A stretch of DNA of 64,000 bases from a virus (lineage: Duplodnaviria > Caudoviricetes). A model generated the notes under the pieces. The model was given only the letters and a program-made list of their open reading frames with translations. It did no database searches and was not told the DNA's origin. The position numbers were made by a program, and so were the translations under genes. Shown here piece after piece: positions 29,096 to 39,330 of this stretch (positions within the stretch are counted from its first letter, which is position 1; every line of letters starts with the position of its first letter). The DNA lies in the IMG/VR virus record IMGVR_UViG_3300021400_000347, positions 1-64,000 of that record; one strand, given 5' to 3'.

Positions 29096-29287
29096 CCGTA
29101 TTTTTTATCCCCTTATTTGAATAACCCAAAAATTGACCACACTGTGATCAAAAAATGACCACACCATCGGTCAAAAATTGACCGCATGCGATCAAAAATT
29201 GACCACACTGTGGTCAAAAATTGGTTAAGTAATATAAATATAATATAAATATTATATAAATATCAAATATAAATAAAATAAAAATAT
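29083..29287. repeat. Putative replication origin: six GGTCAAAAATTGACC-type iterons plus AT-rich tract
   Basis: Copies at 29083, 29124, 29146, 29169, 29190, 29212 (last five 21-23 bp apart), then ~60 bp almost pure A/T. Confidence 0.75.
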
Positions 29288-29357
29288 GGTCGGCGCGCCG
29301 ACAAACTTGACAGGAGCAAAAGTTTATGCTATAATAAAAGAAAAGGAGGTAAAAATT

Positions 29358-29717
29358 ATGAAGTAGAAAATCTTATTTATTACCTTGGCACTTCTATGTA
29401 TTTTTTCATTTGCTATCGCAGAGGAAATGATTTCACCAGTAATTGCGCCAGATCCACTGATTGAACTCCAACCAGAGATGTCGGTAAAGATTAATTCAGA
29501 TCGCAAACCTATTATGCACACTGGTGAAACTATTCATCTCACCAGTACACTAATTGGATTCGATTGGTGCTCCGGAATCCAGTATCAGTGGGAATGCGAT
29601 AAGAATGATGAGTTTGGTTTTCAGCCTATTTTTGGAGCTACGTTAGATCACTACGAGTTTCCAGCTACGGCAGAGACGTTAACATGGTCTTGGAGATTAG
29701 TAGTACACTACAATTAA
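29358..29717 (+). CDS. Secreted protein with signal peptide, possible Ig-like fold; TAG at codon 3
   Basis: Promoter 29307-29335, RBS ggaggt; MK*KILFITLALLCIFSFAIA; YQW motif. Confidence 0.7.
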
Positions 29718-29718
29718 T

Positions 29719-30129
29719 ATGGAGGAATACTTTATGATTTCTTTAGATAACAATACTCCAGAATATATTGCTCGAAATATACAGCAAGTATTAGAACAAT
29801 ACCGTGCGCGCGCAGAACTAGCAGAAGAGTATGCGCTTAAAACAAAGGAAGAAATTGAGAGACTCGTAGATAAAAGGATCAAAGAATATGAATATCAATA
29901 TATAAAGCAAATTAGGCTTTCCTTTGGTTGCTTTCAACACGAAGAAGAATGCGATAAGTGGTCAGACTTTCTAAACACGCATTATGAAACATGCTATCCT
30001 CCACGCAAGCGTAAATATGAATTACTTCCTTATGTAATGCCCTATTTTAATAATCATAAACGTGGATACATAGCACGTTGCCCAGCGTGCGGTGCGGAAC
30101 AAGATATTACCTATAAGGAGGATACCTGA
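29719..30129 (+). CDS. Hypothetical protein
   Basis: ORF track. Confidence 0.65.
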   Translation: MEEYFMISLDNNTPEYIARNIQQVLEQYRARAELAEEYALKTKEEIERLVDKRIKEYEYQYIKQIRLSFGCFQHEEECDKWSDFLNTHYETCYPPRKRKYELLPYVMPYFNNHKRGYIARCPACGAEQDITYKEDT

Positions 30130-30395
30130 TGTTTAAAACAGATAATTTACGGCTTCTTATGGAAGAAGCCAATAAGGTAAGAGGAACACTTCTTGTTGAG
30201 GATAAAAATCGCGCGAATGAGTTAGCGCGCGAATGGAACTTAAATGATGTAGCAATTATTGACTTTGATGATTTGCGTCAAGGCAACTATTATCTCGGGC
30301 AATCATTCTTCATCTATGGAGTAAATCAAACTATTAAAGATTTGTTTTCGGATGTGTATGGACTTTATTTATGCGGATATAGTGAGGTAAGATAA
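30129..30395 (+). CDS. Hypothetical protein
   Basis: Coupled ORF. Confidence 0.6.
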   Translation: MFKTDNLRLLMEEANKVRGTLLVEDKNRANELAREWNLNDVAIIDFDDLRQGNYYLGQSFFIYGVNQTIKDLFSDVYGLYLCGYSEVR

Positions 30396-30396
30396 A

Positions 30397-30771
30397 ATGT
30401 ACGATTATAGAGCAGCCCTTGAAGAGGATATTAGAAATTATATTAATAATTATTGGGATATTGATGAACTAAAGGAAATGGGCCTTGATAGAGCAGAAGA
30501 AATGCTTGAAAATGAAATGTGGGAAAGTGATGAAGTGACTGGCAACATGAGCTTCTATGCGTCAGAGACAGAATGCGAACAATATCTAGTTGGCAATCTT
30601 ATGCTCGCTCTAGATGTACTAGAGGAGTTCGGTGGAGATTTTCATTCAATTCCTAGAGAAGCTCCAGCGCAGTATCTCGACGCCACTATTCGGTGTTATC
30701 TTCTTGGGGAAGTATTATATAAGGTTCTGCGCGAGCTTTTTGATGAGGAAGATAATAATGAGTCTGAATAA
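30397..30771 (+). CDS. Hypothetical acidic protein
   Basis: RBS gaggt; VTGN, DATIRCYLL. Confidence 0.65.
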   Translation: MYDYRAALEEDIRNYINNYWDIDELKEMGLDRAEEMLENEMWESDEVTGNMSFYASETECEQYLVGNLMLALDVLEEFGGDFHSIPREAPAQYLDATIRCYLLGEVLYKVLRELFDEEDNNESE

Positions 30772-31288
30772 AGGATATCTAACCGCGAAAACGGATAAAG
30801 CTTCTGATGAAGTATATACCCCCGCCTACGCGGTTAAACCAATTATTAAATATATTCCTAAAGATGCGATTGTATGGTGTCCTTTTGATCTTGAAGCCAG
30901 CGAATATGTTAAGCTAATTCGCGCGAACGGTAACCAAGTAATCGCAACTCACATTGATACTGGCTATAATTTCTTTGACTATGAACCAACAGAGCATTAT
31001 GATGTAATTGTGTCTAATCCGCCATTCTCAATTAAAGATGACATTGTTCGTAGGCTATATGAGCTAGATAAGCCATATGCGATGTTGCTACCAATTCCTT
31101 CCCTACAGGGCCAAAAACGTTTCCCTTATATTAAAGATTGTCAAGCGCTAATTTTTGATAAGCGAGTCAATTATTATACTAATCTACAAACAATGGAAAT
31201 CCAAAAAGGAGTAAGTTTTGGCAGCTTCTATCTTTGTCGAGACTTCCTACCAGAAAAGCTTATCTTTGAAGAATTGAAAATTGAATAA
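30758..31288 (+). CDS. Small N6-adenine methyltransferase-like protein
   Basis: DEVYTP, WCPFD, NFF, VSNPPFS. Confidence 0.75.
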   Translation: MSLNKGYLTAKTDKASDEVYTPAYAVKPIIKYIPKDAIVWCPFDLEASEYVKLIRANGNQVIATHIDTGYNFFDYEPTEHYDVIVSNPPFSIKDDIVRRLYELDKPYAMLLPIPSLQGQKRFPYIKDCQALIFDKRVNYYTNLQTMEIQKGVSFGSFYLCRDFLPEKLIFEELKIE

Positions 31289-31344
31289 TTTGACTATTCT
31301 TTCATTTTATGATATAATATTATTATAACAAGGAGGCGATTAGA

Positions 31345-33210
31345 TTGGCATATGATGCTAACTCAATTCAAGTAAGGGACTTTAGAACAGCCGCTCGTAC
31401 AACCCCAGGAATGTACATTGGTGCGGATGGACAGGATGCAGTATTTAATTGCTTCCTTGAAATCCTTAATAACTCTTGCGATGAAGCTATTATGGGACGC
31501 GGTGATCGCATCGAAGTTAATGTAAATGATAATGATATTGAAATTACAGATTATGGTGCTGGAGTTCCTCACGGCCCAAATAAGGACTGTGAGGAAGTTC
31601 TAATTGAACTTTATACCACCGCGCATTCTTCTGGTAAATTTGAATCTACTAACTATTCTCGGGTGCGTGGTATGCACGGTGTTGGCGCATCAACTGTATG
31701 CGTTTGCTCCAAAAAATTTAATGTCATTACTCGACGTGATGGATATGAGTGGTCACTTGAATTTGTAGATGGCATTCCGCAATCCGCTAAAGCAAAGAAA
31801 GGCAAGGTCACTAAAAAGACTGGTACAACTATTTATTTTGAACCAGATAAAAGCATCTTCCACATTCCAGATGACGTGCCTGCCTTTGATATTAAACGTA
31901 TTCGTGATGAACTTGAGCTTACAAGTTATTTTATTCCTAATGTTGAATTTTGTCTATTTACTGGTGAAAACGGTGCTATTTTTAAGTCTAAAAATGGATT
32001 AAAGGATTTTGCTGCCTCACGCATCACGAATGCGCTTCATAAGAACTATATTTACGCTAATAAACATTTTGATGGAGACATTGATATTGAGGTTTTTGCT
32101 CAATGGACTTCAGGGCGCGAAAAATGTTATGTCTTCTCTAATGGCGCATTAAATAGTGGCGGCGGCACCCCAGTAACAGGCATGAAGGCTGCTTTCACTC
32201 GCGCGATTAATACTGAAGCAAAAGAAGATTTTGACGGTGACTTAATCCGTAAAGGGCTTGTTACCATCATCAATATTAAGCATCCTCATCCTGTATATCA
32301 AAATCAGGTTAAAGATAAAATTCAAAATACAGAACTTCGTGGCCTGACACAAACGGCCTTTACAGAAGCTATTAAAACATGGATTACCGCTAATAGGTCA
32401 GATTTTGAACGCATTGTTGGTATGCTAGCGAAGGAACGCAAAGCCGACCAAGCCGCAGACCGTGCGCGCGAAGCTGTTCTAAATATGGAGAAAAAGGAAT
32501 CTGAACATAAGAAGCAGAAGATTACTTCATCTGACAAGTTTAAGGATTGTGAACGGCATGGTCAAGATTCTATGTTAATTATCTGCGAGGGAAACAGCGC
32601 CTTGGGTGGCCTAATGCCCGCGCGCGATGTTAACAAAGAAGCTCTTTACGCAGTGCGTGGTAAAGTAAAAAATTTGCTAAAGCATCCACTTGAAGAGTGC
32701 CTTGAGAACCAAGAAATTAGCGACATCATTATGGCACTTGGATGTGGGATTCAAGAACGGTATAATAGTAAAAAATTAAATTATGGCCGAGTAGCAATCG
32801 CTACTGATGGTGATGTCGATGGTTATTCAATTATGTGCCTAATTTCTACAATGTTCTATGTTCTTATGCCGAAGTTTATTCTTGAGAATAGACTTTGCTG
32901 GCTGCGTGCTCCTCTTTATAAGATTGAAAAAGGTAATAATAAGCTATTTGCTTATAATGATGAAGAGCTTGCGAAGATTAGAAAAGGACGTGAGAGTTGG
33001 GAGATTACACGTGCAAAAGGCCTCGGTGAGTTAAACAGCGATGATATGGAACGTTCAATGCTTCACCCAACCGAACGTCGCCTTGAAATTCTTTCAATTC
33101 ACGATGCAGAACTTGCGGCTGAAAGCCTAATGATGCTTATGGGCCCGGAAGTCGAAGGTAGAAGACAGTTCTTGTTTGATCATGTTGATTTTAGCGTTAT
33201 AAATAGGTGA
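31345..33210 (+). CDS. gyrB: Type IIA topoisomerase subunit B (GyrB/ParE)
   Basis: PGMYIG, EILNNSCDE, HSSGKF, GMHGVG, EGNSA, DGDVDG, KGLGE; promoter 31290-31318. Confidence 0.9.
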   Translation: MAYDANSIQVRDFRTAARTTPGMYIGADGQDAVFNCFLEILNNSCDEAIMGRGDRIEVNVNDNDIEITDYGAGVPHGPNKDCEEVLIELYTTAHSSGKFESTNYSRVRGMHGVGASTVCVCSKKFNVITRRDGYEWSLEFVDGIPQSAKAKKGKVTKKTGTTIYFEPDKSIFHIPDDVPAFDIKRIRDELELTSYFIPNVEFCLFTGENGAIFKSKNGLKDFAASRITNALHKNYIYANKHFDGDIDIEVFAQWTSGREKCYVFSNGALNSGGGTPVTGMKAAFTRAINTEAKEDFDGDLIRKGLVTIINIKHPHPVYQNQVKDKIQNTELRGLTQTAFTEAIKTWITANRSDFERIVGMLAKERKADQAADRAREAVLNMEKKESEHKKQKITSSDKFKDCERHGQDSMLIICEGNSALGGLMPARDVNKEALYAVRGKVKNLLKHPLEECLENQEISDIIMALGCGIQERYNSKKLNYGRVAIATDGDVDGYSIMCLISTMFYVLMPKFILENRLCWLRAPLYKIEKGNNKLFAYNDEELAKIRKGRESWEITRAKGLGELNSDDMERSMLHPTERRLEILSIHDAELAAESLMMLMGPEVEGRRQFLFDHVDFSVINR

Positions 33211-33230
33211 TAATATAATTATTATATAAA

Positions 33231-34055
33231 ATGAAAGGACTAATGTCTATGATTAATAAAAAGGCAGATAATCAATGGTATGGCAAAGGATTTGAGCAGG
33301 CGATTGTAATGGTAAAAAAAGGTAACCACTATATTAATCCTTATCCAGAGCATATCCCAAATAATGATTGGCTTGAAATTATAGAAAATGCTAAAGATTT
33401 TATTTCTCAATATGAAAAAATAGAGCCTATTATTTCTATTGAATGGATTGGAAATCATACCGGCACGCAAGATGGGGATTTAATTATTAATGGAGAGAAA
33501 AAAGAAATAAAAAGAGTATCACAAGGATTAGGAACTTGGGGAAATTTTACCATTAAACATCTTTATAAATATCTCCCTAAAGACTTTCCCTCGCACATTG
33601 AATTTATGAAAAAATCTGGACTTTATAGTAGCTTTCAGAGTGTTTCTTCAACTCATAAGTGGGAAAATGATTTATACGCAACTAACCCCCTTACAAAAGA
33701 GGAAGCAAAAAAATTTGGAGACAAGTTTATCGAAGAGGATGAAAGTTGGCGCCGAGATTTTGTAAAAGCCGTCTATAATGCTTTTTTAAACAATCCAGAA
33801 TTATTACAAGCTTTTATCAATGATTGTATTACTAAAAAAATCAGTCCTAGAAAAAATATGCCAAAAAGCCTAATTGTCTATAATTATAAAACAAAAAAAA
33901 TTAGTAATTTTGCTGATACAGATATTATCAAAAAGGAATATGATACTTCTATTAAAATCAATGAATTTGGCGTAATATTAGACACCATTAGAGTTAATTT
34001 TAGTTGGAAAAATCATTGCGGAAATAATTTAGCTATGTATATCTTTTTAAGGTGA
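33231..34055 (+). CDS. Putative PD-(D/E)xK (restriction-type) endonuclease
   Basis: GDLIINGEKKEIK motif; AT-rich; adjacent to MTase. Confidence 0.5.
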   Translation: MKGLMSMINKKADNQWYGKGFEQAIVMVKKGNHYINPYPEHIPNNDWLEIIENAKDFISQYEKIEPIISIEWIGNHTGTQDGDLIINGEKKEIKRVSQGLGTWGNFTIKHLYKYLPKDFPSHIEFMKKSGLYSSFQSVSSTHKWENDLYATNPLTKEEAKKFGDKFIEEDESWRRDFVKAVYNAFLNNPELLQAFINDCITKKISPRKNMPKSLIVYNYKTKKISNFADTDIIKKEYDTSIKINEFGVILDTIRVNFSWKNHCGNNLAMYIFLR

Positions 34056-34059
34056 TCTT

Positions 34060-34920
34060 ATGAATAATCTAGATAAATTTTATACAAAACCAAATATTGC
34101 AAAGCAATGTTTTTGTTTTTTACAACAGTACTACCCTCATATATCTGAAGAATATTTTTTGGAGCCCTCCGCTGGTTCTGGAAATTTTTTGCCCTTTTTG
34201 ACAAAATATGATGCTTTTGATATTAAACCAGAAGGAAATAATATTAAACAAGCAGATTTTTTAACATTAGAATTACTTCGTAATGATTATATTACTATTG
34301 GTAATCCGCCTTTCGGGAAACGATCAAAATTAGCTATTGATTTCTTTAACCATGCGGCAAAATATAGTAAAATTATTGCTTTTATAGTCCCGGTTTCATT
34401 TATGAAATGGGGGGTACATAAAGAATTAGATTCTAATTTTAATTTGTTAGCATATATGTATTTACCAGAAAATAGCTTTACAGATAATGGTAAAGATTTT
34501 TCTGTACGATGTGTATTTCAAATTTGGACGAGAGAAAATATTCCAAATAATTTACGTATTTTAAAATCGCCACCAATTAAACATAAAGATTTTAATATAT
34601 GGCAATATAATGCTACTCCGCAGGCTATGAAATACATAGATGAAAATTGGAAATATGCTATTTATAGACAAGGATATAAAGACTATCATCATTTGTTTAC
34701 ATAGAATGAATATGATACTGTGAAAGAACAAATGAAACAAAATATACAATTTTTTTTCATTGAACCGCTATGTGATAGAGCAGAGAAATTCGTCCATGAG
34801 GCTGATTTTGAGCAGCTTGCTTCTAGAAATACTTCTACTCCAGGGTTTGGAAAAGCGGATTTTGTTTCTTATTATTTACAATGGTTAGAAGAATCAAATA
34901 ATAATAAACAAAAATATTGA
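34060..34920 (+). CDS. N6-adenine DNA methyltransferase (TAG=Gln at 34702)
   Basis: DKFYT, FLEPSAGSGNF, ADFL, GNPPFG; joins two track ORFs in frame. Confidence 0.85.
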
Positions 34921-34973
34921 CAATAATCAAAATTCATGATATAATATATTTATGAAAAGGAGGATGATAACCA

Positions 34974-37352
34974 TTGATTTATGAAACGGATTTTCAAAAA
35001 TCAATTGAGGATGCTTTCCTTGCTTACGGCGCGTCAGTCGCGCAGGAAAGAGCTATCCCGGATGTGCGCGACATGCTTAAAATTGGCTTGCGGCAAGGTC
35101 TTTATGCGCAGTATAGCAATAAGCTAACTTATAAGGATAAGTTTCAAAAGGCGCAGAAGTCTGTAGCCGCCGCAATGAGCCAGTCATACGTTCACGGCGA
35201 TGCCGCAATGTATGACACATTCATTCGTGCCGCACGTCCTTGGTCTTATCGCTATCCTCTTGAAGCAGTACAAGGCAACTTTGGTAATCCAACTTCTCCT
35301 GATAGCCATGCGGCCGCGCGTTATGTCGAAATGAAGGCCGCAGAAATTAGTAATATACTATTTGATGGCCTTAAAAAGAAAGCTATTGGAGATCAATATT
35401 ATAATAACTATGACGATACTGAGCTGATCCCCTCAGTATTCCCATCAATTGGATATTGGAATATCGTAAATGGTTGCTCTGGTATTGCGGTAGCACTTGC
35501 TACATCAGTACCTTCATTTAATCTTCGTGAAGTAAATGAAGCGCTGATTAAATTGATTAAAGACCCCAATGCTCCATATGATGAAATCTATTGCGCTCCT
35601 GACTTTCCCTGCGGCGGAACCATTACTAACGCGCGCGAAGTAAAAGAAGCCCTTAAACAAGGGCAAGGCTCTTCTATCCGTATTCGTGCGAAAATGGAAT
35701 ATATTCCAGACCAGCATATGATTAAAGCAACAGAGCTGCCGCACGGTGTGTTTACAAATACGATTATTGAACAGTTAGCTGAACTAACTGTTGATAATCC
35801 AAGCTATGGAATTGAAAGAGTCGTAGACCATACAAAGCGCGAAGCAGATATTAGAATCTATCTAACTAAAGGCGCAAATCCAAACAAAATGATTGAGAAA
35901 CTTTATAAGGATACCTCCCTAGAAAACTGGTTCTCAATCAATATGGTTCTGCTTGATCAGGGTAGATTTCCAAAGGTTTTTGGATGGCGTGAAGCTTGCC
36001 TTGCTTATATTGCTCATATTAGAGAATGTAAGCGCAATATGATTCAGTTTGACCTGGACGGCGCGCTCGCCAGGTTAAATATTGTGGAAGGCTTACTTAT
36101 CGCGGCCGCATCTATTGATGAAGTAGTTGCTATTATCCGTAGTTCTAATGACCCGACCGAAGCGGCTACCAAACTAATTGCTCGCTTTGGGTTTAACGAA
36201 CCACAGGTAAAAGCTATACTGGCTATGAAGCTGGCCAGTTTAACTAAGATAGACGCCATAAAATTAAATAACGAGCGCGAGGAACTTATTAAATGTATTG
36301 AGGAGTATCGCTACTTATTAAATACCCCTACCGCTTTAGATGAATTACTTATAGAAAAACTTCAGGAAGTCGCCAAGAAGTATGGCGATGAGAGAAGGAC
36401 AAAGGTAGAAAACTTGATTAAGGCAGATGAAGAAGTAGAACTTCCTGTCGAGCAAGAAGTTAGCGTAATGCTCTTTGATAATAATACAATCCGAGTTGTA
36501 GAAAAGGATGAACTACAAGGCGCGAAGCGCGGCCGAAAAGGAGTAAATGTCAAACCGCCTAAAAACGCAAATCTCCGTAACACTCTCTATACTACTAATT
36601 TAGGGACAATCTCGGCTTTCACAAATCAGGGTAGAATGTATTCATTCCAGATTCACGAATTGGATATGAACAAAGATTATTCAATTTATGATATTCTTAC
36701 CCTACAATCAAATGAGCAAGTCCTATTACTTATTGACTCCACAATGCTAACCAAATATAAGCATTTGGTCACAGTCAGTCAACAGGGATATATTAAAAAG
36801 ACCAAAGTAAATGAATATACTGTACGTGCTCGTAAGGGAACCGCAGCAGTAAAACTAGAAGATAATGATTGTCTATGTAATGTATTCCTCAGTTCAAGTG
36901 ATGAAGATAGGATTTTGATTAGTAACACTTCTGGGTACTATAACTTCTATCCTCTTGGAGATATTAATCCAGTAGGCCGTAATAGTCGAGGAGTGAAAGC
37001 AATTAAACTTCTTGACGGAGAAGAAGTTCATTCTGCTACGCTTGTGCGCGAAGGCCATACTTATTCCGGCATCTTAACTGTATGCGCGGATGGGTACGGA
37101 AAAGTTACTCCTTTAGAGGATATTCCTATGGTTTCGCGCGGGAACCGTGGTTATAAAATCATTAATGTCGAGGATTCATACTTGGCAATGGTTTACGCGG
37201 TTTCAACTGAACAAGAAATGATTTATCTAACTGCTAATAATAAGGCTATTATAATTGAAAGAAAAGACTTATCATTTAGCGGTCGCACTGCGAGAGGAGC
37301 GAGATTAATTAATGTTACCGAAGATCTACGCACTCCAATGGATATTATGTGA
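34974..37352 (+). CDS. gyrA: Type IIA topoisomerase subunit A (GyrA/ParC) with beta-pinwheel CTD
   Basis: RAIPDVRD, HGD, AAARY, NGCSGIAV, PDFP; CTD repeats incl. QGAKRGRKG; promoter 34917-34945. Confidence 0.9.
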   Translation: MIYETDFQKSIEDAFLAYGASVAQERAIPDVRDMLKIGLRQGLYAQYSNKLTYKDKFQKAQKSVAAAMSQSYVHGDAAMYDTFIRAARPWSYRYPLEAVQGNFGNPTSPDSHAAARYVEMKAAEISNILFDGLKKKAIGDQYYNNYDDTELIPSVFPSIGYWNIVNGCSGIAVALATSVPSFNLREVNEALIKLIKDPNAPYDEIYCAPDFPCGGTITNAREVKEALKQGQGSSIRIRAKMEYIPDQHMIKATELPHGVFTNTIIEQLAELTVDNPSYGIERVVDHTKREADIRIYLTKGANPNKMIEKLYKDTSLENWFSINMVLLDQGRFPKVFGWREACLAYIAHIRECKRNMIQFDLDGALARLNIVEGLLIAAASIDEVVAIIRSSNDPTEAATKLIARFGFNEPQVKAILAMKLASLTKIDAIKLNNEREELIKCIEEYRYLLNTPTALDELLIEKLQEVAKKYGDERRTKVENLIKADEEVELPVEQEVSVMLFDNNTIRVVEKDELQGAKRGRKGVNVKPPKNANLRNTLYTTNLGTISAFTNQGRMYSFQIHELDMNKDYSIYDILTLQSNEQVLLLIDSTMLTKYKHLVTVSQQGYIKKTKVNEYTVRARKGTAAVKLEDNDCLCNVFLSSSDEDRILISNTSGYYNFYPLGDINPVGRNSRGVKAIKLLDGEEVHSATLVREGHTYSGILTVCADGYGKVTPLEDIPMVSRGNRGYKIINVEDSYLAMVYAVSTEQEMIYLTANNKAIIIERKDLSFSGRTARGARLINVTEDLRTPMDIM

Positions 37353-37363
37353 GGTAAAGTAAA

Positions 37364-37726
37364 ATGAATCAGTATAAAGAACTTTTCGCGCAGATCTGTA
37401 AGACTACTCGCTCCCTCGCGGAGCAAGTAGCAGATTATGACACCACCAATCACGATGAAAAAGGTGCCAACGCTGCGCTAGTAATGCGAGATGATTTTGA
37501 TCATCTAGCAGAGAAAATAACTAATAATGAACAGCTTGATAAAAATGATTATGTCAAGCTACTACTTGGGAGTATGGTTGTGTCCAACAACCTCCAAGAT
37601 AGAAAGGATATGCTAGAAAAAGCGTTAAACAATTATAAGATTGATGTCATTCCTAAGCTTGAACGAGTAGTGAATGAAAGTACCGATCAGACTCTAAAAG
37701 AGTTGGTTGATGAATTGTTTAACTAA
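37364..37726 (+). CDS. Hypothetical helical protein
   Basis: RBS gaggt. Confidence 0.7.
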   Translation: MNQYKELFAQICKTTRSLAEQVADYDTTNHDEKGANAALVMRDDFDHLAEKITNNEQLDKNDYVKLLLGSMVVSNNLQDRKDMLEKALNNYKIDVIPKLERVVNESTDQTLKELVDELFN

Positions 37727-37730
37727 ATAT

Positions 37731-37869
37731 TTGACTTTTGTCGAAAAATAGTATATAATTCTTACAGAAGGTGAGAGAGATAGCCTTCTAAAATATCGAG
37801 CCTATTTTATGAAATATAGGAAAAAGTAATATTGAAATATTTGACAATTGAATAAAAATTTGGTATAAT
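37731..37869 (+). promoter_or_regulatory. Tandem sigmaA-type promoters
   Basis: TTGACT-N17-TATAAT 37731-37759; TTGACA-N17-TATAAT 37841-37869. Confidence 0.8.
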
Positions 37870-37952
37870 AAAGCTATAAAGTGGAACGGGAAAAACCCAA
37901 CCATTTTAAATAAAATAACAACTAAAACACACAAAAAAGGAGATTGATTACT

Positions 37953-38312
37953 ATGACACAGAACAGCGAACTAGTACTAAACTATCTAAAGAAGAATTAT
38001 GGTCAGGAATTCAGTAAGAAGGAGATTGCCGATGCAGTTGGTATTTCCGTTCCCGCCGTTACCGGTAGCATGAATGGCCTACTCAAGCGCAATTTTGCTA
38101 CTACTACTCGTGAGGAGACTGTTGAGATTGCTCCTGCCACCGAGACCCGCAAGGCTCAGACCAAGGTCGTAAAGTATCACACCCTAACTGAGGCTGGCCT
38201 AGCTTATGACCCCGTTGCTGAGGCCGCAGAGAAGGAGGCCGCTAAGGCTGCTGAGCGTGAGCGCAAGGCCGCTGAGAAGGCTGCTGCTAAGGCCGCGAAG
38301 GAGAACGCCTAA
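37953..38312 (+). CDS. Winged-helix DNA-binding protein with Ala/Lys-rich tail
   Basis: KEIADAVGISVPAVTGSMNGL..LTEAG; terminator 38325-38358. Confidence 0.7.
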   Translation: MTQNSELVLNYLKKNYGQEFSKKEIADAVGISVPAVTGSMNGLLKRNFATTTREETVEIAPATETRKAQTKVVKYHTLTEAGLAYDPVAEAAEKEAAKAAERERKAAEKAAAKAAKENA

Positions 38313-38411
38313 TAGGAGCGCTACGCGGGAGGCTCCATGAGCCCCCGCTTTTTCTTTCTTGACAATTGTTAAAAAATAAAGTATAGTAAAAGAAAAAAGA
38401 GGTTGAAAGTT

Positions 38412-39296
38412 ATGAAAGCAATTACTACACAAGCACTAAATATTATTGAAGTTAATGGAAAACTATTAAATGCAACTGTCGCAGAAGGCACTCTTAAGGA
38501 TGGTCGCGCCTATAAGCGCGCGAATGCCACCGTTCGTGTAACCCAGACTTATGGCGGACAGGAAGAGACTAGTGAGATTCCAGTAAGTATGTTCGCCGCG
38601 CAGTACACTCAGGCTAACAAGCCTAACCCTGGTTATGAGCAGATTGAGAAGCTCGCAACTCTACCCACCGCGCAGAATGTTGGCATTAATGATGCCGCAT
38701 CAGTTCGTTTCTCTCGGGCCTCTATTCGCGAGAATAACTTCGTTTCCAAGAGCGGTCAGCTTATTAATGGCTGGCAGATTAATGGCAACTTTGTAAATTC
38801 CCCCCTCGCTAATAGCTGCGCTACTTTTGAGGTCCAGCTCTTCATTATGGATATGCACGATGAGATGGACCGTGAGGGCGATCCGACTGGTCGTCTTGTG
38901 ATTAAGGGCGGCCTTGTACAGTATGGCGGTAAGCTAGATGTACTAGAGTTCATCGTCGAAAATCCTGACGCAGTAAATTACATTAGCCGGAACTGGAATG
39001 TTAATGATACTGTAAACGCGCGCGGTCGTATTCGGTTCACTTCTAAGGAGGAGTCCGAGGGCGGCACTGGTAGTTGGGGTGAGCATATTCCTACTACAAC
39101 TACTCGTCTAGTCCGTGAGCTTATCATTACTGAGGGTAGTGATGAGGGACTAGAGGAAGAGTTCGCATATGATCCTGCCGATATTAAGAAGGCATTTAAT
39201 GTCCGTAAGGCCGCTATTGAGCAGATGCAGGTTAATGCAACTGCAGCACCGGCCGCGAAGGCTCAGCCCACCGCTTCAAAGTATAGTTGGGAGTAA
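38412..39296 (+). CDS. Putative single-stranded DNA-binding protein (tandem OB-like)
   Basis: IEVNGKL start, TVNARGRI; position before AAA/helicase/primase. Confidence 0.55.
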   Translation: MKAITTQALNIIEVNGKLLNATVAEGTLKDGRAYKRANATVRVTQTYGGQEETSEIPVSMFAAQYTQANKPNPGYEQIEKLATLPTAQNVGINDAASVRFSRASIRENNFVSKSGQLINGWQINGNFVNSPLANSCATFEVQLFIMDMHDEMDREGDPTGRLVIKGGLVQYGGKLDVLEFIVENPDAVNYISRNWNVNDTVNARGRIRFTSKEESEGGTGSWGEHIPTTTTRLVRELIITEGSDEGLEEEFAYDPADIKKAFNVRKAAIEQMQVNATAAPAAKAQPTASKYSWE

Positions 39297-39330
39297 TCCC
39301 AACTTACTTTTTTCAGGAGGTTGAGTAAGA

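Noticed and set aside
29083-29226. CRISPR/mini-array reading of the GGTCAAAAATTGACC repeats
   Set aside because: Most gaps are only 6-8 bp; helical phasing and the AT tract fit iterons
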